DNA of 64,000 nucleotides from Sedimentisphaerales bacterium (GCA_963663965.2 CAXXFK010000002.1:1-64000), one strand, 5' to 3'. Numbered from the stretch's first letter, positions 32,833 through 42,456 are shown. Translations and numbers: made by a program. The notes: generated by a model not told the origin, from the letters alone.

Positions 32833-33507
32833 ATGAAGCAATTGATACTTGTTCGCGCCGGCAGTACTGCCTGGGAAGAAGCTTCTGTCGATGATGCTGA
32901 AGAAAAGAAATCGCCTGATGACAGGCGATTGCAGGGAATTTTGCCTTTACCGTTAAGCGAGTCAGGCAAAGTTGAACTGCGTCGCATCGCAGAGTTGCTA
33001 AAAAAAACTGATGCCACCAGGGTTTATAGCAGCGGTAATGAATCCTCCGGTTCGACCGCTTTATTTTTAACGGAACTTTGTGAATTAAAGGCTAAAAAGA
33101 CACCTGCATTACGAGAGCTTGACTTTGGATTATGGCAAGGATTGCGGATAAAAGAAGTGAAGCAACGTTATGCCAGCGCTTATAAACAGTGGCGATCCGA
33201 TCCATTCAGTATCTGTCCTCCTGAAGGAGAAACACTGGGGCTTGCCTGGTTGCGAATTGAAGAAGCGCTGATTCAAATTAACAAACGTAATCGGCAGAAA
33301 GTTGTTGCAATTGTTGCGGCCCCGTTTGCGGGTGCGATTCTGGAGTGCCTGGTTACTCAACGCCCGAAAGAAGAATTATGGGCAATTATTGATCAGGGGG
33401 GTGAGTATGCTGAGTTCGATATTCTGGGGAAATCAGAGTATGGCATTCCACTAGGCCGTCTTATCAAGCGCGATTTGAATGAAACAACCGTATCCACCGA
33501 TAAATAG
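32833..33507 (+). CDS. histidine phosphatase family protein (catalytic RHG replaced by RAG)
   Basis: LILVRAGST, PLSESG, LRELDFGLWQG, PPEGET. Confidence 0.8.
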   Translation: MKQLILVRAGSTAWEEASVDDAEEKKSPDDRRLQGILPLPLSESGKVELRRIAELLKKTDATRVYSSGNESSGSTALFLTELCELKAKKTPALRELDFGLWQGLRIKEVKQRYASAYKQWRSDPFSICPPEGETLGLAWLRIEEALIQINKRNRQKVVAIVAAPFAGAILECLVTQRPKEELWAIIDQGGEYAEFDILGKSEYGIPLGRLIKRDLNETTVSTDK

Positions 33508-33558
33508 TCACCAATCTCCTTTATAACCCACTTTATCTAGATCAAATACAACGAAACA

Positions 33559-34401
33559 ATGAGCAAGACAAAACCACTATCCTGGGATGGCTTTTCACTT
33601 AAGAAAAAGCGTGAGATGCCTGAAGGTCTCTGGCAGAAATGTACTGGCTGCGGAGAAATGATTTTTTCGCGAAGTATCAAAGAAAATATGGGGATATGCC
33701 CCAAGTGTGATTATCATTATCGTATTAGCGCAAAAACACGGATTGATCAACTCTGTGATGAAGGCAGTTTTGAGGAGATGTTTACCAATTACAAACCGGT
33801 AGACGCCCTCGAATTCAACGATCAGAAAACCTATTCCGACCGTTTAGAGGCTATGCAGAAAAAGACCGGGCTAAATGATGCCGTAGTGGCCGGAAAAGGA
33901 TTTATTAAAGGGCGCCCGGTTATTCTGACCGCATTGGATCCTGACTTTATGATGGGTTCAATGGGATCCGTGGTAGGGGAGAAGGTGGCTAAATCAGCCG
34001 AACTTGCCTGTGAAACCGGGTATCCCTTGATTGTTGTCAGTTGTTCAGGTGGAGCGCGTATGCAGGAAGGAGTTTTGAGTCTGGCGCAAATGGCCAAGAC
34101 CAGCGCCGCGATCGGGAAATTGCATGATAACGGAGGGATGTTTATATCGGTTCTTGCCGATCCTACCAGCGGGGGAGTGACCGCCAGTTTTGCCATGCTG
34201 GGTGATTTTATCATTGCCGAGCCGGGGGCATTGATCTGTTTTGCCGGTCCTCGTACGATCTGGCATACCATAAAAGTCGAACTGCCGGAAGGTTTTCAAC
34301 GAGCTGAGTTTTTATTGGAACATGGATTTGTGGACCGGATAATTAATCGTAAAGAACTTCGAACGGAAATCGCCCGGATGATTGACTATTGCGGCAAATA
34401 A
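33559..34401 (+). CDS. accD: acetyl-CoA carboxylase carboxyltransferase beta subunit
   Basis: LWQKC..C zinc finger, GSMGSVVGEK, SGGARMQEG, GGVTASFA. Confidence 0.97.
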   Translation: MSKTKPLSWDGFSLKKKREMPEGLWQKCTGCGEMIFSRSIKENMGICPKCDYHYRISAKTRIDQLCDEGSFEEMFTNYKPVDALEFNDQKTYSDRLEAMQKKTGLNDAVVAGKGFIKGRPVILTALDPDFMMGSMGSVVGEKVAKSAELACETGYPLIVVSCSGGARMQEGVLSLAQMAKTSAAIGKLHDNGGMFISVLADPTSGGVTASFAMLGDFIIAEPGALICFAGPRTIWHTIKVELPEGFQRAEFLLEHGFVDRIINRKELRTEIARMIDYCGK

Positions 34402-34530
34402 TCCACTTGACAAAATAGAAATTTGGATTATTCTTACGTGTCTCGAAATTAATAAAACAAGTTCTTGACTGGACTTGTGAGTTTAACTTTTTGATAATTA
34501 AATAGTTAGATTCAGTTTAAACCTGACGAC

Positions 34531-34605
34531 GGTGAAAGTAGCTCAGTTGGTTAGAGCACCAGGTTGTGGTCCTGGGGGTCGGGGGTTCGAGTCCCCTCTT
34601 TCACC
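34531..34605 (+). tRNA. tRNA-His(GTG)
   Basis: G-1 plus acceptor GTGAAAG/CTTTCAC and C discriminator; D arm GCTC/GAGC; anticodon arm CCAGG-TTGTGGT-CCTGG; T loop TTCGAGT; CCA not encoded. Confidence 0.96.
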
Positions 34606-35988
34606 CGTTATATGACGGCAGTTCATGTGATTATGACCTGTCGTTTTTTTATTGCAACTATCTGAATCATAAGGATTTACATTTTTATTATCATCTATAC
34701 TGTTATCGGGTATATTGTCAACGGAATGTCCATTTTTGTCCTGTTTTGTGCGCCCAAAAGGCAAGCTACAGGGCAAGGTATTTTCAGCCGGTAAAGTGCC
34801 GGTCATTTTCATTTGCTGCCGGTCGATAGCATCTTGGAAATCGGGCAATCTTTCCACCGCCGCCCGGTCGTTTCCTTTGAGAACATGAGTATATTTTTGC
34901 ATCGTCAGATTGATGTCTGAATGCCGCATAAGTTCCTGTGCCGTCCGGGGGTGTACTCCTGATTCTGCCAGTGCCGTTGCGAAGCCATGACGTAATGAAT
35001 AAAAGACCACGCGTCCCGATCCGTTATCTTTGGTTTCAATGTTAGCTGCTTTGCAATCTTCCTGTAAAACTTCGGACAGCTTTTTTGTTCGCTGGAATCC
35101 AAAGGCTTTTGACTGTGGGAGTTTTCGCCCAAAATGGGCCTTGAGTAATTCCGCTGTCGATTCCCGTAAAGGCAAAACAGCTTTTTTGCGGTTTTTGGTA
35201 TTCGTACTGCCAACCTCAACGGTCAAATGCTTAAAATTGAAATCACCAACTTTCAGGCTGTTGAGTTCGCCGGATCGCAAACCCGTTTCACTGGCAAGCA
35301 AATAGAGTACATACCGTTCAGGTCCATCCATGTATAACATTGTCTTATCACTCCGCCTTGTTGCGTCGAGCAGGGCAACCATTTCAGCTTGCGTTAAGGG
35401 CCGGTATTCGTTCTTTTCGTGCTGACTGGTGTCAATATCGCCCACGCCGTTCAAGGGGTTCTGTGACGCTTTTCCTGACTTTATCATCCAATGACAAAAC
35501 TGTTTAATTGCGCCCAGATAGTAACTTTGCGTCATGACTGTCATTTCAAGCCCAGCGATATAACTTAAAACCTGGTCGGAATGGATATCGCTAAAGAAGG
35601 TTGCTTTGATTCCTTCACAGACCGCCTTCGCCCGATCATACTGTCTCTTAATGTGAACCTTGGATTTACCTCGATTTTCCAGTGATGCCTTAAAGGCATC
35701 CAGGAGAACCGTTAGCGATTCACTACCCGTTACGATATGGCTTGAAACCAACCCCGCTTGCGCAATTTTTTCTTTCAACTGCTTCGGGCATCGTTCCAGC
35801 ACCGCCGACAGTTCCGGGCCGGGCAGTTCCCGCCTGATCTGGCAAGCGATTAACGCCTCAATCATGTCGCTATACCCCTGCGCAATCTTCTTGCTGGTGG
35901 TCTGTAAAGGCCACCGATACCGCCGCCCATCCGGCATTCTTATATCCACACGCCATGTTTTTGAGCTAGTTAGCTTATATAATCTCAT
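34543..35988 (-). CDS. tyrosine recombinase/integrase
   Basis: Catalytic R (TGLRSGEL), K (TKNRK), YSLRH, MRHSD, KYTH; RBS AAGGA before ATG 35988; the tail overlaps the tRNA antisense. Confidence 0.93.
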   Translation of the reverse strand: MRLYKLTSSKTWRVDIRMPDGRRYRWPLQTTSKKIAQGYSDMIEALIACQIRRELPGPELSAVLERCPKQLKEKIAQAGLVSSHIVTGSESLTVLLDAFKASLENRGKSKVHIKRQYDRAKAVCEGIKATFFSDIHSDQVLSYIAGLEMTVMTQSYYLGAIKQFCHWMIKSGKASQNPLNGVGDIDTSQHEKNEYRPLTQAEMVALLDATRRSDKTMLYMDGPERYVLYLLASETGLRSGELNSLKVGDFNFKHLTVEVGSTNTKNRKKAVLPLRESTAELLKAHFGRKLPQSKAFGFQRTKKLSEVLQEDCKAANIETKDNGSGRVVFYSLRHGFATALAESGVHPRTAQELMRHSDINLTMQKYTHVLKGNDRAAVERLPDFQDAIDRQQMKMTGTLPAENTLPCSLPFGRTKQDKNGHSVDNIPDNSIDDNKNVNPYDSDSCNKKTTGHNHMNCRHITGERGDSNPRPPGPQPGALTN

Positions 35989-36020
35989 CGTTTTATCCTT
36001 TCGCAAATGAATCCACATCT

Positions 36021-36049
36021 ATTATAACACTTAAATACAATTAGCGCAA
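36021..36049 (-). promoter_or_regulatory. putative sigma70 promoter of the integrase
   Basis: TTGCGC-N17-TATAAT with an extended -10 TG. Confidence 0.6.
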
Positions 36050-36095
36050 ATATTTTCATGTGTGTGATTTAGCTTTCCTTTAATGCCGTCATCAT

Positions 36096-36155
36096 AATTA
36101 GATATAAATTTGACACATATCGGGCAATAATTTGACACAAATTAGACAATAATTT
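36096..36155. repeat. 11-bp-phased direct repeats AATT(A/T)GA(C/T)A
   Basis: Units at 36096, 36107, 36129, 36140 (partial at 36151), exactly 11-bp phased. Confidence 0.7.
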
Positions 36156-36603
36156 ACTCCTTATTGGCCTCAAAAAAGTCCACCAATCGTGTAATTACCT
36201 CTCGATCAGACGGATCTATCGCTTTTGGATTTGTAAACAGTTGAGAGATGGCCTTTTGCACTTGTAATGCAGTGGTTTTGATTCCAAAACTCTTTAATGT
36301 GTCAGTCAGTTCCTGAAACTGGCGATCTGGGCGGCTTTTAATTGGGTTTCTGTCCTGCTTTTTCTGATTGAACAGTACGGGATGTCCCTGGAAATCTATA
36401 CCGGTTTGTCGGATCTGTTTACACAGTATGAACTGCTCCAGGGTATAACAGGGGCGGCGGTTATCAATACAGTAGACCGGCGGTGGAAATACTCCCTTTG
36501 TGAGTAACTGATAAAACCGGGCCCTGGATAGTTGCACCTGGTCTAACACCTCACGAATCGTGTAGAGGTATTTTTTGTCTTCAATTGTTTTCTTGGGAGC
36601 CAT
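36154..36603 (-). CDS. AlpA/MerR-like HTH protein (candidate excisionase or regulator)
   Basis: YTIREVLDQVQLSRARFYQL...FPPP. Confidence 0.7.
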   Translation of the reverse strand: MAPKKTIEDKKYLYTIREVLDQVQLSRARFYQLLTKGVFPPPVYCIDNRRPCYTLEQFILCKQIRQTGIDFQGHPVLFNQKKQDRNPIKSRPDRQFQELTDTLKSFGIKTTALQVQKAISQLFTNPKAIDPSDREVITRLVDFFEANKE

Positions 36604-36626
36604 TTTTACGGTATTTATCCAAATAG

Positions 36627-37592
36627 TTACCTGTTATGGTGTGTCATGTGTTTTAAGCCTTTTTCGGTAATGATCCGCAGGTATGATTTCCCTTTGCTGG
36701 CATACCCAGCCCAAATCAAGTAAGGTTCGATGACTTTTTGAATAGTCGAGGTCGGGAGTGATATGCCTGCACTGATTTCTCCCAGGGAAGCGTAGCCCCG
36801 CCGCATAATAATCTGTAGATATTGTCGATCCCTGACATTTAAACCCTGTTCATCAATTTGCAAGTGTTCAAAAGCTTCGCGGACATCTTCCAGCCAGATG
36901 GCCGAGTGATTGTGAACGATGGAAATATCCTTGGCAAGTTGCAGATAATTATTTAATGCCAATCGGGGAGTTCCTTTGGAACGATTCGCCAACATTTGAA
37001 GGACAGTTTTATCGGTGTAATCCCAGCCCAATCCTTTTATTTTTTGCTGAATAATCTGAACGATTTCCTCTGTGGAGTAATAAACCAAATCGCAATGTAA
37101 TCTCATACGATTTCGTAACGGCTCTTTCAAACGATACTCATCAGTCGTCGCCAGAATCATGACAAAATTGGCCAACGAAATAGGATGATGCTGACCGGGC
37201 AGGTGTAATTTATGTTCTGACAAAGCGGTCAATAGTACATGTTGTGACTTAGTATCTAAAGCATGAGCTTCGTCAATGAATATAACCTGGTCGTTCGTGG
37301 CTTTTATTAAAATTCTGTATAAATCAGCTTTTGTCATGGATTCTCCGTCCTTCATAATGGGATCCAGGCATCCCAATTCCTGGTTAATGACTTCAGCCAG
37401 CAAAGTTTTTCCTACCCCACTTGGACCGGTTAATAATATCGGTCCGAAGATAGAATTCCCATGGGAGGATCGTTTTTGAAAATAGGCATCCAGGTAAGTT
37501 CCCAGTAATTTAACCGCTATTCGCTGGCCAATTATTTTTGATAGGCAAGTCACTCGATAATTGGTGACATCATTGTTATTTTTTTCATTCAT
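36627..37592 (-). CDS. RuvB-like AAA+ ATPase
   Basis: IIGQ, GPSGVGKT, FIDEAH, ILATT, PLRNR, GTPRLA, IDEQGL, IEPYLI - full RuvB architecture. Confidence 0.85.
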   Translation of the reverse strand: MNEKNNNDVTNYRVTCLSKIIGQRIAVKLLGTYLDAYFQKRSSHGNSIFGPILLTGPSGVGKTLLAEVINQELGCLDPIMKDGESMTKADLYRILIKATNDQVIFIDEAHALDTKSQHVLLTALSEHKLHLPGQHHPISLANFVMILATTDEYRLKEPLRNRMRLHCDLVYYSTEEIVQIIQQKIKGLGWDYTDKTVLQMLANRSKGTPRLALNNYLQLAKDISIVHNHSAIWLEDVREAFEHLQIDEQGLNVRDRQYLQIIMRRGYASLGEISAGISLPTSTIQKVIEPYLIWAGYASKGKSYLRIITEKGLKHMTHHNR

Positions 37593-37714
37593 GGTTTTAC
37601 TGATATCCGGTTTTTTCTTTATTTCTTTTGCACTGTATGATTCAATCGTTAAGGGCGTTATTGATTACTGAATAAATAAATCATGAGGAATTCATGGAAA
37701 GTACATAAATGACA

Positions 37715-38017
37715 TTATGGCCTTTGTTTTTTGATCAGCTCCCACTTATCGCCGGTGGGACAACCGGCGGTAATCCACTGTTTCAGCTCCATTACTGACC
37801 AGAGCAGCCGTTTGCCGAACCGAATCGGGCGTGGCAACTGGCCCCGGTTCATTAATTCATAGAAAAGAGTGCGGGAGATCCCTAAACAATGAGCAGCGTC
37901 CGTGGCACTGAGAAGGAGCTGGTTACCACTGGTCAGTTCAGTCAGCTTGGTTAATCGCTCCATGACCTGGTGGATTTTTACCAGCATAGCTCTGATTTCA
38001 TCTTGTTGGTCGGTCAT
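37715..38017 (-). CDS. AlpA-family HTH (excisionase-like)
   Basis: LLSATDAAHCLGISRTLFY...LPRPIRFG...W...EL..W...GCP. Confidence 0.8.
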   Translation of the reverse strand: MTDQQDEIRAMLVKIHQVMERLTKLTELTSGNQLLLSATDAAHCLGISRTLFYELMNRGQLPRPIRFGKRLLWSVMELKQWITAGCPTGDKWELIKKQRP

Positions 38018-38061
38018 CGTTATAGTCTCTGCTACAGGATTCCATCTTTGGGGACAGTTTA

Positions 38062-39006
38062 TTACGCAAGCCAGATAACGCCGGCGTCATCCGCCTCAAT
38101 GGCGGCACGGTCTTCGGCCAAGAGCCGGGAAGGGTAGAGTAAAAACCTCAATTGATTGATATCGTAATGCCTTCGAATACTGGTTTGGATATTTTTAACC
38201 AGATTCCGGACATAGTGTGACCATCTGGCCTGTTGCCGGATATGAGCGATCTGGGCGGCATTTTCGTCAAATCCGTGGTCCTCCAAGGCCTGCTGAGTCA
38301 GTTTAAGGCCCGGGCCCCGGCTATTGACCGCTTCGGCGAAAATTTCTTCCACGCCGCATTGAACCAGGGTCCTGACCAGTTCATCGATTTGGTCAGGGGC
38401 ATCGGCAATGCCAGGTAAAAGAGGGCATAGAATGGCATAGGTCCGCAAGCCCAGTTGATAAGCCTGTTGCATCGCAGCCAAGCGTTCTGTTATCGGCGAT
38501 GCCTGGGGTTCGATACAACGGATCAGGGCTTCCTGATTGGGAGTGGCGGTAAGACTTAATCCCAGCAGGATGCGGTTCGAATAGGTTTGTATCAGATCAA
38601 AATCTTCCTGGACTGAGGCATTTTTCGTCAGGATGCGTACCGTCCACCCTGGTTCTGCTAAGATGCCTGCCAAACATTGACGGCCTAAGCGGTATGAGTG
38701 GGCGGCCGGGCTCCAGGCGTCGGTAATCGTACAAAGCTGAATCAGGCCGCGTTGCCGTTTGTGTCGGGCATCATGGGCGACCCGTATCGGGGTTTCGGGA
38801 TCAATAATGGCATAATCGCTTTTGAATGGATTCAAACCTAAATGATGGAACGATTCATGCATGCGCATCATGGAACCGGTTGAGCAGTAGGTACATCCAT
38901 GATCACATTTAGTGCCACAATTAACGGCAAAATCCGCCAGTTTCTTTTCCGCAAACGCTGGAGATCGATTGATGCCGGATTTACCGGTCCAGATATATTG
39001 GTTCAT
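38062..39006 (-). CDS. radical SAM protein, spore-photoproduct-lyase-like family
   Basis: CDHGCTYC, TDAW, ILTK, IEP.A....RL, PLLPGI. Confidence 0.8.
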   Translation of the reverse strand: MNQYIWTGKSGINRSPAFAEKKLADFAVNCGTKCDHGCTYCSTGSMMRMHESFHHLGLNPFKSDYAIIDPETPIRVAHDARHKRQRGLIQLCTITDAWSPAAHSYRLGRQCLAGILAEPGWTVRILTKNASVQEDFDLIQTYSNRILLGLSLTATPNQEALIRCIEPQASPITERLAAMQQAYQLGLRTYAILCPLLPGIADAPDQIDELVRTLVQCGVEEIFAEAVNSRGPGLKLTQQALEDHGFDENAAQIAHIRQQARWSHYVRNLVKNIQTSIRRHYDINQLRFLLYPSRLLAEDRAAIEADDAGVIWLA

Positions 39007-39045
39007 GATATGCTCCTTAAAATGAGTTGAATTGGATTAATTGGT

Positions 39046-39306
39046 TTATGGATTACACGGATCAGATTTCTTCAGTTGAGTCTTATTGAGGCGTAGATCC
39101 CAATATATTTTTTGGGTAAGAGATGAAATCTTGAGTAAATCCTCAATGAGAAAGGATTGAGTCTGCTTCCATTCCCCATTCTTATTATAATTTTTTTCAA
39201 TTTTCACTTTGTGGAAATTCACCAAACGACCGTTCATTGGTTTGGTTGATAGCCAAACAGAGACGCAGATGGCACCGTCTCGGTATGATATTAGAGGTTT
39301 AGACAT
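39046..39306 (-). CDS. small hypothetical protein, possibly PC4/Whirly-like ssDNA-binding
   Basis: G.I.VSVW...Y...GEWKQTQSF...DL pattern; good RBS. Confidence 0.5.
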   Translation of the reverse strand: MSKPLISYRDGAICVSVWLSTKPMNGRLVNFHKVKIEKNYNKNGEWKQTQSFLIEDLLKISSLTQKIYWDLRLNKTQLKKSDPCNP

Positions 39307-39334
39307 AATTTAGCTCCTTATTATGAGAAAAATA

Positions 39335-40507
39335 TTATTTGGGAAAGGCAATGCCGCAGGAGGCCATCTCAAATGGCGCCCGGGCGTGACAGTTTTCAAT
39401 TGCTGAACACCGGAAACAGCCATAGGTGCCGGAGTCTGACTGGATTAAATGAGAGCAGCGGACCGGGTGATAGCCCATACGCCGGACCCGGTCAATCAGT
39501 TGCTGAGTTTCTGAAAAGGTATAACGCTGTTTATCCAGGCTGGAAATCTCATGTATCAGTTGATCGCCACCATGGAGGCAAGCCAGGTTGGTGATCAGGC
39601 CAAACCACTGAGGTTGCGAAACCAGATGTGGGAAGCGGCGGCACCACCGGATGAAATGACAACGCTCCAGTTGGGTCAGATTGCCAATAATCAGTGTTGT
39701 TGCCGGCGGTATCGGCGACGGTGCCACCTGATCTGGGGTAATGTCACAATGAGTGATCTGCCTATGAATATCCATTGAGGGTGTTCGTGCAGGATGACTC
39801 AGGAAGCAGGAATGGCGATGAATCCGGTCCGGTGGCTGGGGGGTGCCTTTTTTGTTGATGGTCCCAATGACCCGCATAACCCGGGAGAGATTACTGACAT
39901 TATCGATGCGGACCTGTTCGACCTGGCTGGAATATTGTTGTTGAAGGTTACGATAATAGGCTGTATATTGCTGGCCGACTTGGAGTGAATCGATCGGAAC
40001 GGGAACGATGGGAACAACCAGATAGGTGCCATTTCCGCTTCGGGCCATCACCGGATTGGCGTAGCGGAAAGCGCCAGTGGCAATTATCGCGGCCAGTTGA
40101 TCCGTGGCCATTAATTCCGATGGCGAAGCCGGCAAACCTTGCCGGCGAATCGGCGATATGGCATCGATATCAATAAAGACGGTAGAAAGCCATTCAATGT
40201 CCTTGTCTGCTGCACAGTTGGATGTGGGGTATGAGTGAGCCCCAACCCAGCGATTAGGAGCCCACTCGAAAAATGGATCAACGGGCCGCGGATTCACACC
40301 AACATAAATCCCGGTAGTTCGTCCATCCCAAGCCTGGCAGAGCCGAACGGAATCGTCGGCATTATCCGTATACGCGACCATGGGGCAGGGGGTGAAGATT
40401 CTTAATTCCGTGCACCCCAGGTCCCGATGGCCGAGTAGGTGGTAATGGGTTGCTATGGCCTTTTCAGGAGGCAAGGATGAAATGGATTGGGTGGAAGAAT
40501 AAATCAT
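39335..40507 (-). CDS. AEP/RepB-like primase with a Cys-rich C-terminal (PriL-like) domain
   Basis: IYVGVNP, FIDID, SGNG.YL, R.MRV.GT.N.K; C-terminal C..I.WC, W, P..C, C..C. Start reassigned from 40765. Confidence 0.65.
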   Translation of the reverse strand: MIYSSTQSISSLPPEKAIATHYHLLGHRDLGCTELRIFTPCPMVAYTDNADDSVRLCQAWDGRTTGIYVGVNPRPVDPFFEWAPNRWVGAHSYPTSNCAADKDIEWLSTVFIDIDAISPIRRQGLPASPSELMATDQLAAIIATGAFRYANPVMARSGNGTYLVVPIVPVPIDSLQVGQQYTAYYRNLQQQYSSQVEQVRIDNVSNLSRVMRVIGTINKKGTPQPPDRIHRHSCFLSHPARTPSMDIHRQITHCDITPDQVAPSPIPPATTLIIGNLTQLERCHFIRWCRRFPHLVSQPQWFGLITNLACLHGGDQLIHEISSLDKQRYTFSETQQLIDRVRRMGYHPVRCSHLIQSDSGTYGCFRCSAIENCHARAPFEMASCGIAFPK

Positions 40508-40580
40508 AGGTTTAATGTGAAGCATTTCAAATAGGAACAACAGGGTGAAGCGCAAACATAATACAATCAGAATGAAAAGA

Positions 40581-40931
40581 TCAGCGGTGCTGATGATCAG
40601 AAAAATTGGGTTTGGGACTAGGATTAAAAGGGGGCTTGGCAGAAGAAGGAGTCCGGTTTTGCCGGCCGCGATGAAGATAACGGAAAACAGCATAAGGAAC
40701 CAGAATGACCAGGCCGAGCAGGCTAAAGGAAAGCAGCCAGGCGATAAGATCAAAATCGGTAGCATTAGGTTGATCTGGCGGCATGGCGTGGGTCATACCA
40801 ATTACCGTCAGCACACCAACTGATAATGTCAGCAGAAATACCGGTTTTAGCCAGGCGGCCAAAAGACCGAAGGCCTTCTTGCCAAGGATAACTAAAACGA
40901 GCAGAATGATAAACACGAGGAATACAAGCAT
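40581..40931 (-). CDS. hypothetical three-TM membrane protein
   Basis: Three hydrophobic segments; GGAG RBS. Confidence 0.6.
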   Translation of the reverse strand: MLVFLVFIILLVLVILGKKAFGLLAAWLKPVFLLTLSVGVLTVIGMTHAMPPDQPNATDFDLIAWLLSFSLLGLVILVPYAVFRYLHRGRQNRTPSSAKPPFNPSPKPNFSDHQHR

Positions 40932-40940
40932 GGGAAACTC

Positions 40941-41237
40941 CTAAAACATCAGGTGGACCAGGCTGTGAAGCATCAATTTAACCAGAATCAAACCGAGTAA
41001 AAGCAAGCCTAAGAGCACATTGTCTGGTAGAATCTGACGGTTAAACCGGAAAATACGAAACTGGAGAAAGTCAGTTAAAAACTGAACCAGGGATTGGGTG
41101 GAATTAAGGATGGGTATGAGGTGGTGATTAGGCCGACGGTGGAAAATGAGATGCAACAGCATAATCATCAATAACAGATCGATGGCAATTGAAATCAAAT
41201 GAATGAAACTGACAAAGAGGGGGGATAGTAAGCCCAT
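40941..41237 (-). CDS. small membrane protein (YggT-like layout)
   Basis: TM - amphipathic linker - TM; GGAG RBS before ATG 41237. Confidence 0.55.
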   Translation of the reverse strand: MGLLSPLFVSFIHLISIAIDLLLMIMLLHLIFHRRPNHHLIPILNSTQSLVQFLTDFLQFRIFRFNRQILPDNVLLGLLLLGLILVKLMLHSLVHLMF

Positions 41238-41241
41238 AAGT

Positions 41242-42456
41242 TTACTCCTTCCAGGGGTTGTCCGGCATCTCATACGATGGGGCCGGCGGTGAGGTTGGTA
41301 GATTTAATGATACAGGAGGGATATCGTCAAGGCTCCATTGGGGTGGGGCCTCGACCGAAGGCGTATTGGGTGGAACCGGGGAATGAAAATCGGGTGGTTC
41401 AGGAGGAAGTGCAACCAGGGGCGCTGATGGAGTGGCTATAATAACAGATATCGGTACCGGTAAATTGGAGGGTAAATCCGGGATCTCCACCCGATCAGGA
41501 TGGACAGGGGGCATGGTCCTTCCACCAGCATCAAAGCAAGACAGCCAGGTATCGGGGCTGGGACAATCCGCAAAGGAATTGCTGAACAAGGCCTGCTGGA
41601 ACAGAATGCCTGCATCTGGATAGCGAACCTTTAAGGCATCGACAGCATATCGGATAGAAGCGCCAGCGCGTTGATCAAGATCTGATTGGGTGAACAGGCC
41701 ACCTTCAGGCCCCAAAGGAGCATGGGGTTCGATAAGTAAAAATTCAACACACAGAATTGCTAGGGCAAAACGGTCTGCATGGCAACACCAGGTTGTCTGT
41801 ACATTCCGAACGAATGGAGCGATGTATCCCTCTGTGCCCATGGTGGTTGAAGGTGGCAGGGTCAAACTGGAGTGGTAGAGCGAATCGAAATCGATCAGTG
41901 CAATCTCATTGTTGGCAATGAATACATTGCCACCGGAGAGATCGCGGTGCGAAATGTTGTGCGATTCCAGTTGTTGGACAATACGGATCAGGGTCTGGCA
42001 CATTACTCGGCGGTGGTCGGATGACCATTGCAGGGAACCATCGCGCAGGCGACTGATCAGAGCATTCCAGTCGTATCCTTCCACCTTGGGCATAAGAATA
42101 GCCTGATTCAAATCGTGAGCCAGATCTTTGCTGTAAAAATAACCCAACTTACGGGTTAAGGAGTGGTCTGAGAGAATCTGACGCGCGGTTCCGCAGCGAA
42201 AGGCTGGATCGGCAGGGAGCAGAGAACTAATACCATTCAGATGTCTTTGACCGGTCAGTTTGCCGGGCAGCAGGATCTTCAAAACCCATTGACGACCCTG
42301 CTGGTCGGTCAAAAAATAGGATTCGGCCTGGCCCCGCTGAACCGAGAGCGGTTCGCCGGAAATGATGAGATGGCCCCGAGGCTTCAGAGGTATTCCATTA
42401 ATCAATGCATAGCGACGCTTGCAAAACCAGTTGACGATGGATTGGTGATATGCCAT
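41242..42456 (-). CDS. Ser/Thr protein kinase (TerY-P/YegI-like) with Pro-rich tail
   Basis: VLKI, HRDLSGGNV, LIDFDS, GTEGYIAP, DRFALA. Confidence 0.85.
   Translation of the reverse strand: MAYHQSIVNWFCKRRYALINGIPLKPRGHLIISGEPLSVQRGQAESYFLTDQQGRQWVLKILLPGKLTGQRHLNGISSLLPADPAFRCGTARQILSDHSLTRKLGYFYSKDLAHDLNQAILMPKVEGYDWNALISRLRDGSLQWSSDHRRVMCQTLIRIVQQLESHNISHRDLSGGNVFIANNEIALIDFDSLYHSSLTLPPSTTMGTEGYIAPFVRNVQTTWCCHADRFALAILCVEFLLIEPHAPLGPEGGLFTQSDLDQRAGASIRYAVDALKVRYPDAGILFQQALFSNSFADCPSPDTWLSCFDAGGRTMPPVHPDRVEIPDLPSNLPVPISVIIATPSAPLVALPPEPPDFHSPVPPNTPSVEAPPQWSLDDIPPVSLNLPTSPPAPSYEMPDNPWKE

Noticed and set aside
40508..40765. hydrophobic N-terminal extension of the primase ORF
   Set aside because: It overlaps the separate membrane-protein gene 40581..40931 in another frame; a later start is more plausible.
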